Source: Candidatus Eiseniibacteriota bacterium
GTDB taxonomy: Bacteria > Eisenbacteria > RBG-16-71-46 > CAVPCR01
DNA: 64,000 nucleotides
Reading direction: 5' to 3'
Assembly: GCA_963702435.1 (NCBI GenBank)
Contig: CAVPCR010000004.1
Location: 320,001 to 384,000 of the forward strand
Positions 1-10,738 of the stretch are shown here, in pieces; position 1 is the first letter of the stretch, and every line of letters starts with the position of its first letter. The translations under genes and the position numbers were made by a program. Under the pieces are notes generated by a model, which ran no database searches, was not told the DNA's origin, and worked only from the letters and a program-made list of their open reading frames with translations.

Positions 1-2
1 GC

Positions 3-851
3 TTCCGGATCGACCTCACCGCGCTGGAGGCAGCGATCGCCGCCGACCGGGCGCAGGGCGTCCGCCCGCTGTGCATCGTGGCCATGGGCGGCACCACCAA
101 CACCGGGGCGGTGGATGATCTCCGCGCGCTCAGGACGATCGCCGATCGCGAGGGCATGTGGATGCATGTGGACGCCGCCTACGGCGGCGGCATGCTGGTC
201 TCCGCGGCGCATCGGGAGGTGCTCGACGGGATCGCGCTCGCCGACTCGATCACCATCGACCCGCACAAGTGGTTCTACGCTCCCGTCGATGCCGGCGCCA
301 TCCTGGTTCGCGACGCGAGCGCGCTCACGCGGTCCTTCGGCATGCAGCCGTCGTACCTGAGCGATGGGCTCGACCCCGGCGGCGAGCGCTACAATTACTA
401 CGTGCACGGGTTCGAGCAGTCGCGCCGCTTCCGCGGCCTCAAGGTCTGGATGGGGTTCAAGCGCTACGGAGCGCGCGAGATCGGCCGCTGGGTGGACGCG
501 AACGTCGAGCAGGCCCGACATCTCCACGCGCTGGCCGAGGCGCATCCGGACTTCGCGTCGGCGGTCTGGCCGCGGATGTCGGCGGTCTGCATCCGTTACC
601 GGCCGGGCGGTGTGGACGCAACGGGCGCCGGCGAGGCGCGGCTCGCCCGGATCCACGCCCTGGTGGCGCGCCGGGTGGAGGCGAGCGGGCGCTTCTGGAT
701 CTCGACCACGGTGCTCAAGGGGCACACGTACTTCCGGATCAACCCGGTCAACTTCCGCACGCGACGCGAGCACATGGACGAGCTCTTCGCGCTGCTCGCG
801 GCGGAGTGCGGGCGAGCGCACGCAGATGAGGCAGCACAAGGAGAGGGCTGA
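3..851 (+). CDS. PLP-dependent group II (aromatic/glutamate-type) amino acid decarboxylase, 5' truncated by the window edge
   Basis: The frame is open from base 3 (FRIDLTALEAAIAADRAQGVRPLCIVAMGGTTNTGAVD). Motifs are HVDAAYGG, the PLP-lysine motif DPHKW, and SRRFRGLKVW. Confidence 0.9.
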   Translation, partial: FRIDLTALEAAIAADRAQGVRPLCIVAMGGTTNTGAVDDLRALRTIADREGMWMHVDAAYGGGMLVSAAHREVLDGIALADSITIDPHKWFYAPVDAGAILVRDASALTRSFGMQPSYLSDGLDPGGERYNYYVHGFEQSRRFRGLKVWMGFKRYGAREIGRWVDANVEQARHLHALAEAHPDFASAVWPRMSAVCIRYRPGGVDATGAGEARLARIHALVARRVEASGRFWISTTVLKGHTYFRINPVNFRTRREHMDELFALLAAECGRAHADEAAQGEG

Positions 852-1150
852 TGCCGGCTTATGTCATCGTGGACATCGAAGTGCACGATCCGGTTGCGTA
901 CGAGAAGTACAAGGCCGCGGCGCAGGCGACGGTCGGCGCCTACGGCGGGCGGTATCTCGTGCGCGGCGGGCGCGTGGAAACGCTCGAGGGAAGCTGGACT
1001 CCGCGCCGCTTCGTCGTGCTCGAGTTCCCGAGCTTCGAGCGGGCCAGGGCCTGGTGGAGCTCGCCGGAATACGCGGCGGCGAAGGCCATTCGCCACGCGA
1101 GCGCGGCGACCGAGATGATCGTCGCCGACGGCGTCCCGGTCCAGGCCTAG
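851..1150 (+). CDS. DUF1330 domain protein
   Basis: MPAYVIVDIEVHDP..YGGRYLVRGG..LEG..VVLEFPS..W..SPEY pattern; TGATG overlap with the upstream gene. Confidence 0.88.
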   Translation: MPAYVIVDIEVHDPVAYEKYKAAAQATVGAYGGRYLVRGGRVETLEGSWTPRRFVVLEFPSFERARAWWSSPEYAAAKAIRHASAATEMIVADGVPVQA

Positions 1151-1184
1151 CCGCCGGGCTCCTGGGCCACGTCATGGAGGCGAA

Positions 1185-1730
1185 ATGAAGAAGGTGCTTC
1201 TCGGGTTGCTCTCGCTCGTTGTCGCCCTCATCGTCATCGGCGTCGTCGTGCTGCTCGCCGTGGGCAAGCGCGACGAGGCCGGACGCAACACGGCCACCAT
1301 CCAGATCGAACGCCCGCCGGCGCAGGTCTTCCCGTGGGTCACGGAGCCCGCGCGCCTCAAGCAGTGGATCGGCGGGCTCGACGAATCCACGCCGCTCACC
1401 GACGAAGGCCTCAAGGTCGGGGCGCGGTCGCGCGAGGTGGTCGTGGTGGGGAACGGTCGTTACGAGATGGAGACGACGGTCACCGACCTCGAGGTGCCCG
1501 CGCGGCTCGTCGTCGCGATCCAGTCGGAAGGATTCAAGGTGGACGCGCGCTACGATCTGGTCGAGAGCGGCGACGGCACCTTCCTCTCCTACGCCTGCAT
1601 CTCGCGGTACGAGCAGCCCCTCGCGAGGCTCATGGAACCGCTCGTCACGCGCGAGGCGCAGAAGAAGATCGAGGCCGATCTGGCCCGCTTGAAGGGGCTG
1701 GTCGAGGCCGAGCCCTGGAGCGGGCCGTAG
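1185..1730 (+). CDS. SRPBCC/START-like (polyketide cyclase family) protein with N-terminal membrane anchor
   Basis: IERPPAQVFPWVTEP..LKQW motif; C-terminal helix DLARLKGLVE; GGAGG RBS. Confidence 0.8.
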   Translation: MKKVLLGLLSLVVALIVIGVVVLLAVGKRDEAGRNTATIQIERPPAQVFPWVTEPARLKQWIGGLDESTPLTDEGLKVGARSREVVVVGNGRYEMETTVTDLEVPARLVVAIQSEGFKVDARYDLVESGDGTFLSYACISRYEQPLARLMEPLVTREAQKKIEADLARLKGLVEAEPWSGP

Positions 1731-1732
1731 TC

Positions 1733-3121
1733 ATGCGGGGGAAGGCGCGCGGCCTGATCCGCGGGGGTTTTCTCTTCGCGCTCGTGATCGCCGGTTGCAC
1801 GGGTCGGCCGCCGGGAGCGGAGTTCGTACGCCGCACCGAGTGGATCGGGAAGGGCACCTGGCTCGAGGCCGATCTGCACATGCACAGCCGGTTCTCGGAC
1901 GGCCGCCACGAGCCCGCCCTCCTGGTGCAGAAGGCCAGGGAACACGGCTGCGGCGCGATTGCCATCACCGACCACAGCGATCGCGATCTGGAGGGAGCGT
2001 CCGACGGCTATTTCGCCGCGACTGCGGCGGCGCGCCGCGAGAATCCGGACCTCGTCATCCTCGACGGCCTCGAGTGGAACGCGCCGCCCGGGGCCGGTGA
2101 CGATCACGTGAACGTGCTGGTCCCGCCGGGACCCGACGGCGTGCGAGTCCTCAAGGAAATCAAGGCCCGCTTCGACGATCTGGGGCGGGACAGCCATGAC
2201 GAGAAGCTGGCGCACGAAGCGCTGCAATGGCTCGACGACCAGAGCGCCGCGTGGGCGGTGCCGCCGGCCGTCATCTTCAACCATCCCAGCCGCAAGGTGG
2301 CGCGCAGCCTCGATCAGCTCGACAAGCTCAGGCGTTTCCGCGAGGTGACGCCGCACCTGATCGGCATCGAGGGCGCGCCGGGGCACCAGGGCGCGACCCC
2401 GCTCGGGTCCTATCCCGGACCGGAGGCGGTGGTCGATCGCTGGGACCCGGCCGCGGCGCGGGTCGGGGACGTCTGGGACCGGTTGCTCGCCTCCGGGGAG
2501 GACTGGTGGGGCGCGCTCGCCTTCTCGGACTTCCACGAGGAGCGGGCCGACGGGCTCTCCGATCACTGGCCGGGCCAGTTCGCGGAGACCTGGCTCTACG
2601 TTCCGGAGCGCACGGCGGAAGGCGTGCTCAGGGCTCTGCGCGCGGGGTCGTTCTTCGCCGGCCACGGCGCGATCGTGCGTGAGGTTGCGTTCGAGGTCGA
2701 GGCGGCCGGGCTCCCGCGTCCGGCCTGGGCGGGGGAGGCGATCCGGGTGCCGGCGTCGGCGGAGATCACGGTACGGGTCGCGATGAGCGTTCCGGAGCGG
2801 GACTGGTCCGGGGCGCCGAACCGGATCGATCGCATCGAGCTGATCGCGGTGGATGCCGCGGGGGCCCGGGTCATCGCCGCGCGGGCTCCGGACGTGGCCG
2901 GGAGCGCCAGGACGGCCGGGGAAGCGGGGGCGGCCGGGAGCGCGAAGGTGGCCGGGAGCGCCGGCACCATGGCGGCGGGCGCGACCGCTGTGCTGGAGGA
3001 ATCGCTCCGCGTCCCGCCGGGAGGCGTCGTCCTCCGCGCGCGCGGCCGGCGTCAGGTGGCCGGGGGGCCGGCCCTCTGCTTCTACACGAACGCGATCCGG
3101 GTCATCGCGCGCGGCGGCTGA
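1733..3121 (+). CDS. PHP-domain metallo-phosphoesterase-like lipoprotein
   Basis: DLHMHSRFSDG, ITDH, FNHP and SDFH metal motifs; lipobox-like LVIAGC after the ATG at 1733. Confidence 0.8.
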   Translation: MRGKARGLIRGGFLFALVIAGCTGRPPGAEFVRRTEWIGKGTWLEADLHMHSRFSDGRHEPALLVQKAREHGCGAIAITDHSDRDLEGASDGYFAATAAARRENPDLVILDGLEWNAPPGAGDDHVNVLVPPGPDGVRVLKEIKARFDDLGRDSHDEKLAHEALQWLDDQSAAWAVPPAVIFNHPSRKVARSLDQLDKLRRFREVTPHLIGIEGAPGHQGATPLGSYPGPEAVVDRWDPAAARVGDVWDRLLASGEDWWGALAFSDFHEERADGLSDHWPGQFAETWLYVPERTAEGVLRALRAGSFFAGHGAIVREVAFEVEAAGLPRPAWAGEAIRVPASAEITVRVAMSVPERDWSGAPNRIDRIELIAVDAAGARVIAARAPDVAGSARTAGEAGAAGSAKVAGSAGTMAAGATAVLEESLRVPPGGVVLRARGRRQVAGGPALCFYTNAIRVIARGG

Positions 3122-3156
3122 GAACGCCGCCGCCGGAGCCCGCGGGCCAAGCGGGA

Positions 3157-3594
3157 CTAGGCGCCGTCGCGGCTCACGATGGCGGCGGTGGCGGTCAGCT
3201 CCTCGAGCAGGGCGAAGGCGCTCTGCCCGCTCATCGAGAACGGATCGAGCACCGCGTTCTCCGAGAAGCGCAGGATGCTGCCCAGGTTGACCCGATTCAG
3301 GTTCACGTTGCCCATGCGCCAGCTCGCGAAGCGACGCTCGGTGATCTCGGCGTAGTCGAGCAGCGTGATGTCGCGGTGGCGCGGATCGCGGACGATGCTG
3401 CTGTAGAGCGTGTTCACCGCGGTGCGGCTGCCCTCGAGCAACTGGAGGAACACCTTGGTGTGGGTATCCGTGCAGAGGATGCCCGTGATCCCGTGCTCGG
3501 CGTTGTACTTCTGAGAGCGCTCGACGATCGAGGCGATGAGCGCGTCGTCGACCTCGCCGCTGGCGCGGCTCGCGTAGAGAAGGCGTACCAGCAT
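3157..3594 (-). CDS. Standalone BLUF (blue-light FAD sensor) domain protein
   Basis: LLYASRA (Tyr), NAEHGITGIL, FLQLLEG (Gln), DPRH, RRFASWRM (Trp/Met). Confidence 0.93.
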   Translation of the reverse strand: MLVRLLYASRASGEVDDALIASIVERSQKYNAEHGITGILCTDTHTKVFLQLLEGSRTAVNTLYSSIVRDPRHRDITLLDYAEITERRFASWRMGNVNLNRVNLGSILRFSENAVLDPFSMSGQSAFALLEELTATAAIVSRDGA

Positions 3595-3608
3595 GTCGTT
3601 TCGTCCTG

Positions 3609-4358
3609 TTACTTCTGATCCTGGAGCAGGGAGAGGAACTCCCGGCGCAGGTCAGGGTTCTTGAGGAATGAGCCGCGCATGATGCTGTTGGTCATCTTCG
3701 AGTTCATGTCCTTGACGCCGCGCCACTGCATGCAGTAGTGATCTGCCTCCATCACGATGGCAAGACCGTCCGGCTGCATCTTGTCCTGGAGCAGCTCGGC
3801 GAGCTGGGTCACCGCCTCTTCCTGGATCTGCGGCCGCGTCATCACCCACTCCACCAGCCGGGCGTACTTCGAGAGGCCGATCAGGGCGGAGAACTCGTTC
3901 GGCATCACGCCCACCCAGACCCGGCCGATGATCGGGCAGAGGTGGTGCGAGCAGGCGCTCCGCACGGTGACCGGGCCCACGATCATGAGCTCGTTCAGGC
4001 GCTTGACGTTGGGAAACTCGGTCACCGGGGGTTGCGCCACGTAGCGGCCGGCGAAGACCTCCATCAGGTACATCTTGGCCACGCGCCGGGCCGTGTCCTG
4101 CGAGTTGTGGTCGTTCTCGGTGTCGATCACCAGCGCGCGCAGCACGTCTTCGACCTTGCCCGCGACCTCGAGCCGCAACTGCTCGAGCTCCCCTTCCTGC
4201 AGATAGGCGGCGATGTTGTCGTTGGCGTGGAAGCGGCCGCCCGCCTTGCGGATCCGCTCGCGGATGCGCTCGGCGACCGGTGTGGATCCGGAACCGCTCC
4301 CGCTCCCGGCTTCCGCCGGCTTCGCTCTCGTGCCGTGCTCGATCGTCATGGACATCAT
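3609..4358 (-). CDS. folE: GTP cyclohydrolase I
   Basis: DTARRVAKMY, zinc ligands CSHH and HYCMQWRG, GLSKYAR, RPQIQE. Confidence 0.95.
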   Translation of the reverse strand: MMSMTIEHGTRAKPAEAGSGSGSGSTPVAERIRERIRKAGGRFHANDNIAAYLQEGELEQLRLEVAGKVEDVLRALVIDTENDHNSQDTARRVAKMYLMEVFAGRYVAQPPVTEFPNVKRLNELMIVGPVTVRSACSHHLCPIIGRVWVGVMPNEFSALIGLSKYARLVEWVMTRPQIQEEAVTQLAELLQDKMQPDGLAIVMEADHYCMQWRGVKDMNSKMTNSIMRGSFLKNPDLRREFLSLLQDQK

Positions 4359-4579
4359 CTCCTCGACCGGAGGCTAGCACAATTCCGTTGCGCAGGCCCG
4401 GAGCCGGTTGTCTTCGCGCGGCGCGCTCTACGGAAGCCTGGTCACGCGCAGGGTGCGATCGCCGGGCAGGCGGATGAAGTAGGTGCCCGGGGCGACCACG
4501 AGTCCGCGTTCCAGGGCGCGAGTCCGTTCTCAATGCTGCGCGCGCCTGAGCGCGCGCGGGTGCGCGCTCGCGCGCCTCC

Positions 4580-6784
<2,205 letters not shown>

Positions 6785-7154
6785 AAGACTCCTCCGCCAA
6801 TTGCGCTCGGGGTACAAATAGACACCGAAACATGTCTCACCGGGAGACTTGGGTGACAGATTCTTTATCGGCCCGCACTGGCCGTCAATGCGGAAAAAAG
6901 GCGGCGATCCGGACCTTGGAACGCCCGGAGGCCGGGCCGGGGACGTTCCTGACCGGCGATGCGGCCGGATCGCCGGACGGCGTGACCGACCGGGAGGGCG
7001 AGGCGCGCCGGCCGGGCTCCATCTCAGGTGGTTTGACGATGTGCCACTGAGTTACCCTTTCACATCGCTCGAGAGTCCGCGGGTCCCGGCCGAGTCGAGG
7101 CCCGCCGCACCGGGGCCGGGCGGTCCTGTCCGCCGTCGCCACGAGGAGATCTCG

Positions 7155-7823
7155 TTGAGTCGATTGCGACGCCTGGCCGTGCCGATCAAGCCCGCCTTCA
7201 ACGCGGCGCTCCGCGCCTATCTCCGCCGCGTCCGGCCGGCGTTCGATCTCGGCGGGCGCCGCTACGACTACTTCTGGCACGACTACAACATGACCTGGCG
7301 GAACGAACGCTGCGTCGAGGTGTCGCTGGCGCGAGCGCTGCTCGCGGAGTTCACCGGTGCGCGCGTGCTCGAAGTCGGGAATGTCCTGTCCCACTACTTC
7401 CCGGTCTCTCATGATGTCGTGGACAAGTACGAGCGGGCCCTGGGCGTGCGGAACGAGGATGTCGTGGACTTCGCTCCCCTGCAACGCTACGACTGCATCG
7501 TGAGTCTTTCCACTCTCGAGCATGTGGGCTGGGACGAGAGCCCGCGCGAGCCGGGAAAGGCGTCACGCGCCCTGTCTCACCTCGCGGAGCGATGTCTCGC
7601 GCCGGGCGGCAGCATGCTCGTGACCTTCCCGGTGGGACACAACCGGGACCTCGACCAGGCCTTCGCCGCCGACCGCCTGCCGTTCACGCGGTCGCATTGC
7701 ATGAAGCGTGAGGGTCGCTTCGCGCACTGGCGCGAGGCGGCCTGGGCGGAGATCCGGGATGCCGCCTACGGGCATCCGCATCCGTTCGCCAACGGGCTCG
7801 TCATCGGGATGATCCGGGGATGA
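7155..7823 (+). CDS. Putative class I SAM-dependent methyltransferase-like protein
   Basis: VLEVGN, YDCIVSLSTLEHVG, LAPGG. TTG start after GAGGAG is inferred. Confidence 0.65.
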   Translation: MSRLRRLAVPIKPAFNAALRAYLRRVRPAFDLGGRRYDYFWHDYNMTWRNERCVEVSLARALLAEFTGARVLEVGNVLSHYFPVSHDVVDKYERALGVRNEDVVDFAPLQRYDCIVSLSTLEHVGWDESPREPGKASRALSHLAERCLAPGGSMLVTFPVGHNRDLDQAFAADRLPFTRSHCMKREGRFAHWREAAWAEIRDAAYGHPHPFANGLVIGMIRG

Positions 7824-7946
7824 CGCGGCGGCACGCGACGGCGGGGGGGCCGTGGCGGTGATGGAAGCAATGCGCGGGGCGGTCCCGCCCGACCGCCCCG
7901 CGCCGCGCAGGACGAGCGCGGCCGGCTCGTTCCCGCAACTGCCGAG

Positions 7947-10556
7947 TCACCTCGTGATGTGGACAGTCACGAGATCCGAGTCGATCGCGATGCCGCCGGC
8001 GCTCACGACCGAGATGTGAAAGGCGCCGCTGCCCGGGAGGCGGATTCCCGCCGGGCCGCCGAGAGTGACCCGGAAGGTGGTGGTGGCGCCGGGAGCGAGG
8101 GTCTGCGTCGCGCGGACGGATGGGCCCGTCGCGCTCACCGCGGCGCTCACCTCGTGCCAGGTCGAGTCGATGATGCGGATGACGACGTTCGCGGGGCCCA
8201 CGGCGAGCTGCGCGGGCACGGTGACCGCCGCCGCCGAGACGTTCGTGAGCGTGATCGTGAGGGTGATCGGCTCGCCGGCGCGGGCGTGGGTGCAATCCGC
8301 CGCGATCGCGGCGCCGAGCGGGCGGCCGGCGGTGGCCGGCGCTACGGGCGGCGGCGCCGGTTGCTCCGGCACCCGAGCCTCGTCGCGCTGGCTGCTCGCC
8401 AGGGGGCTGCCCATGAGAAGGCCGCCCGCGAGAAGCTCGAGGGCTCCGCGCCCGCCGCGCGTGTGGGACTGAGACGTCGGGGCTCCGGGCGCCCCGCCGG
8501 AGTTGCAGACCTGCATCTTGCCGCAGGAGGTCGCCATGGCGCCAGCTTCTCCGAACACTCCCTCGTAGCTCACGCCTTCGGGCATCTCGACCGGCACGAC
8601 GACCTTGCGCGGCACGCCGCCGGCTACCTCGATCCGCTCCTCGACCGCCACGAAGGAGGTGTACGCGCTCACCAGCCGATGAGCGAGCGCCACGTCGGTC
8701 ACCTCGCGCACGATCTCCGGCTTCTCGCCGCCGTACTGCCGGGCCATCAGGTCCTCGATGCGAGTCCTGGCCCACAGGGAGGCGAGCGCGGCGCTCTTCG
8801 CCCCGGTGCGCGCCGGGAGCTCGATCGCGAAGGTCCTGGACCAGGGCCGGCCGCCGAGCCTGCCGCTCAGGGTTACGTCGGCCCGCCCCGGCTTCGAGTA
8901 GCGCCCGACGAGGGTCACGGTCTGGCCGGCGAAGAGATCCGGAATGCGCTCGGGATAGACCGCCGAGACCTCGAGCTTCTCGGCGCCCGAGAACGCGAGA
9001 TCGGTGAGGACCGGGTTCCTGACGCGATCGTAGAAGCGCACCACCGCGCCCTGCGTGTCCTCGGAGAGGAGCACGTAGTCCACCGCGCCGCGTCCGACCT
9101 CGGCCATGCGGTCGAGCAGGTAGCGGTTGACGGCGGTCCCGACGCCGAACGAGAAGAGGCGGGCGCCGCCGAGACGTTCATCGATCGCGGCGAGGATCTC
9201 CGCCTCGTTCCCGATGTAGCCGTCGGTCATGAAGCAGACGATGCGGACCCGCTGCGGATCGGGCGGGTAATCGAGCGCCGCCTTGATCCCCTCGATCATC
9301 ATCGTCCCGCCCTCGCCCTCGAGCCGATCGATGAAGCGGAGGCCCTCCCGCACGTTCGCGGGCGTGGCCGCGAGCGGGCGCGGGCCGAGGCCCGACGCGC
9401 TCTCCGAGAAGCGGATGATCTGGAACGAATCGCGCGGGTCGAGGTGCTTGAGCGCGTGCCGCATCGCCTGCTTCACCTTGGCGATCGGCTCGCCCGACAT
9501 CGACCCCGAGCAGTCGACGACGAAGACCATCTCCTTCGGCATCACGTCGCGGGCGGCCGGCATGGCGGGCGGCACGATGAGCGCGAGGAAGGTGCCGTCT
9601 CCGTTCTCGCGATGCGCGAGCACGGTCAGCTCCGGCTCCTGCCCGGTGAGGCGATAGCGGACGACGAGATCCTTGTTGGGGATCGTGTCGGCGGGATGCA
9701 GCGTGACGACGGCGCGCTCGAGGCGCGGCCGCGCGATGTCCACTGCGTGGGACGGGCTCGTGAGCTCCCGGATGGGAAGGCCGGCGTCGAGCGTCAGGGT
9801 GACGGCAATGTCGTGGCCGGAGCGCTCGCCGGGCCGGAGCACGGGCGGCGTGATGCGCGAGGCGTCGGGGACGAGATCGGTGTCGGGCGACCAGCCCGGG
9901 CCGCCCGCGGGAGCGCCGAGCGGCAGCGGCTCGCGCGAGGCGAGCGGCGGGCCGACGGGCGCGCCCGGGATGAAACGCGGGCCGACCACCATCGGGAACA
10001 CGAAGCTGTAGGCGCCGTTCTCGGGAGCGAGCGTTTCCACGTAGCGGACGGTCACTTCGATCTTGTTCCCGGGGAGGATGTTGGCGACCGATTGCGTGAA
10101 GATGTTCGGCCGCTCCTGGTCGAGGAGGGCGGCGACATGCCCGCGGTTCTTCGCGTCCTCGTAGGTCCGGCGGGCCTCGGCGCGGGTCTTGATCAGGGCG
10201 CGGGTCGTGCGGTCGCCGACCTTCATCTCCATGTCGTCCACGGCGGCGCGATCGGGGAGCGGGAAGATGTAGATCGCCTCGATCTTGTCGGCATACGGGT
10301 TCGTGAAGACCTGGGTCACGCTCACGCGCGAGACGATGCCGTCGATGCGGGCGTCCACCGCGGTGTGCGCGAGCGGGAAAGCCTGCCCGGCGTGCTCGCC
10401 GTCCCGGACCACGAGCTCGCCCTGGCCGGTATCGCCGGGGGCGGGTCTCTCCTGGGCGCGGGCGGCCAGGGCGAAGGTCGAACCGGCGATCGCGGCAGCG
10501 GCGAAGAGAAGCAGCGCGGCTAGGGGCCGGACGGGGTGATGGGTCGAATGTCTCAT
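7947..10556 (-). CDS. Secreted VIT + vWA domain protein with an extra C-terminal beta domain
   Basis: Signal peptide; VIT motif (VTQVFTNP..EAIYIFPLP..AAV); MIDAS motifs DCSGS and MTDG; LVSAYTSFVAVEE. Confidence 0.9.
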   Translation of the reverse strand: MRHSTHHPVRPLAALLLFAAAAIAGSTFALAARAQERPAPGDTGQGELVVRDGEHAGQAFPLAHTAVDARIDGIVSRVSVTQVFTNPYADKIEAIYIFPLPDRAAVDDMEMKVGDRTTRALIKTRAEARRTYEDAKNRGHVAALLDQERPNIFTQSVANILPGNKIEVTVRYVETLAPENGAYSFVFPMVVGPRFIPGAPVGPPLASREPLPLGAPAGGPGWSPDTDLVPDASRITPPVLRPGERSGHDIAVTLTLDAGLPIRELTSPSHAVDIARPRLERAVVTLHPADTIPNKDLVVRYRLTGQEPELTVLAHRENGDGTFLALIVPPAMPAARDVMPKEMVFVVDCSGSMSGEPIAKVKQAMRHALKHLDPRDSFQIIRFSESASGLGPRPLAATPANVREGLRFIDRLEGEGGTMMIEGIKAALDYPPDPQRVRIVCFMTDGYIGNEAEILAAIDERLGGARLFSFGVGTAVNRYLLDRMAEVGRGAVDYVLLSEDTQGAVVRFYDRVRNPVLTDLAFSGAEKLEVSAVYPERIPDLFAGQTVTLVGRYSKPGRADVTLSGRLGGRPWSRTFAIELPARTGAKSAALASLWARTRIEDLMARQYGGEKPEIVREVTDVALAHRLVSAYTSFVAVEERIEVAGGVPRKVVVPVEMPEGVSYEGVFGEAGAMATSCGKMQVCNSGGAPGAPTSQSHTRGGRGALELLAGGLLMGSPLASSQRDEARVPEQPAPPPVAPATAGRPLGAAIAADCTHARAGEPITLTITLTNVSAAAVTVPAQLAVGPANVVIRIIDSTWHEVSAAVSATGPSVRATQTLAPGATTTFRVTLGGPAGIRLPGSGAFHISVVSAGGIAIDSDLVTVHITR

Positions 10557-10738
10557 GGCGGAAACCTCGCTCCTGGGGGAGATGGCTCTGGACTTGCGGT
10601 CTCGGACGTCCGCCATCTCGTACGCGGGAGGAGGCGATGTATTCCCGGGGGCACCCTGTCGCGCGGCCCCGCCGCGGGGCGGCGGGATGCTAAGCTCTGA
10701 CACCTCCCTCCACCGTGCCGAGGTATCCGTCTGTGTCC

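Noticed and set aside
6985..7055. Glycine-riboswitch-like CTCAGG and the hairpin CTCAGGTGG...CCACTGAG
   Set aside because: The other conserved aptamer elements are absent and the downstream gene does not fit; the support is too weak.
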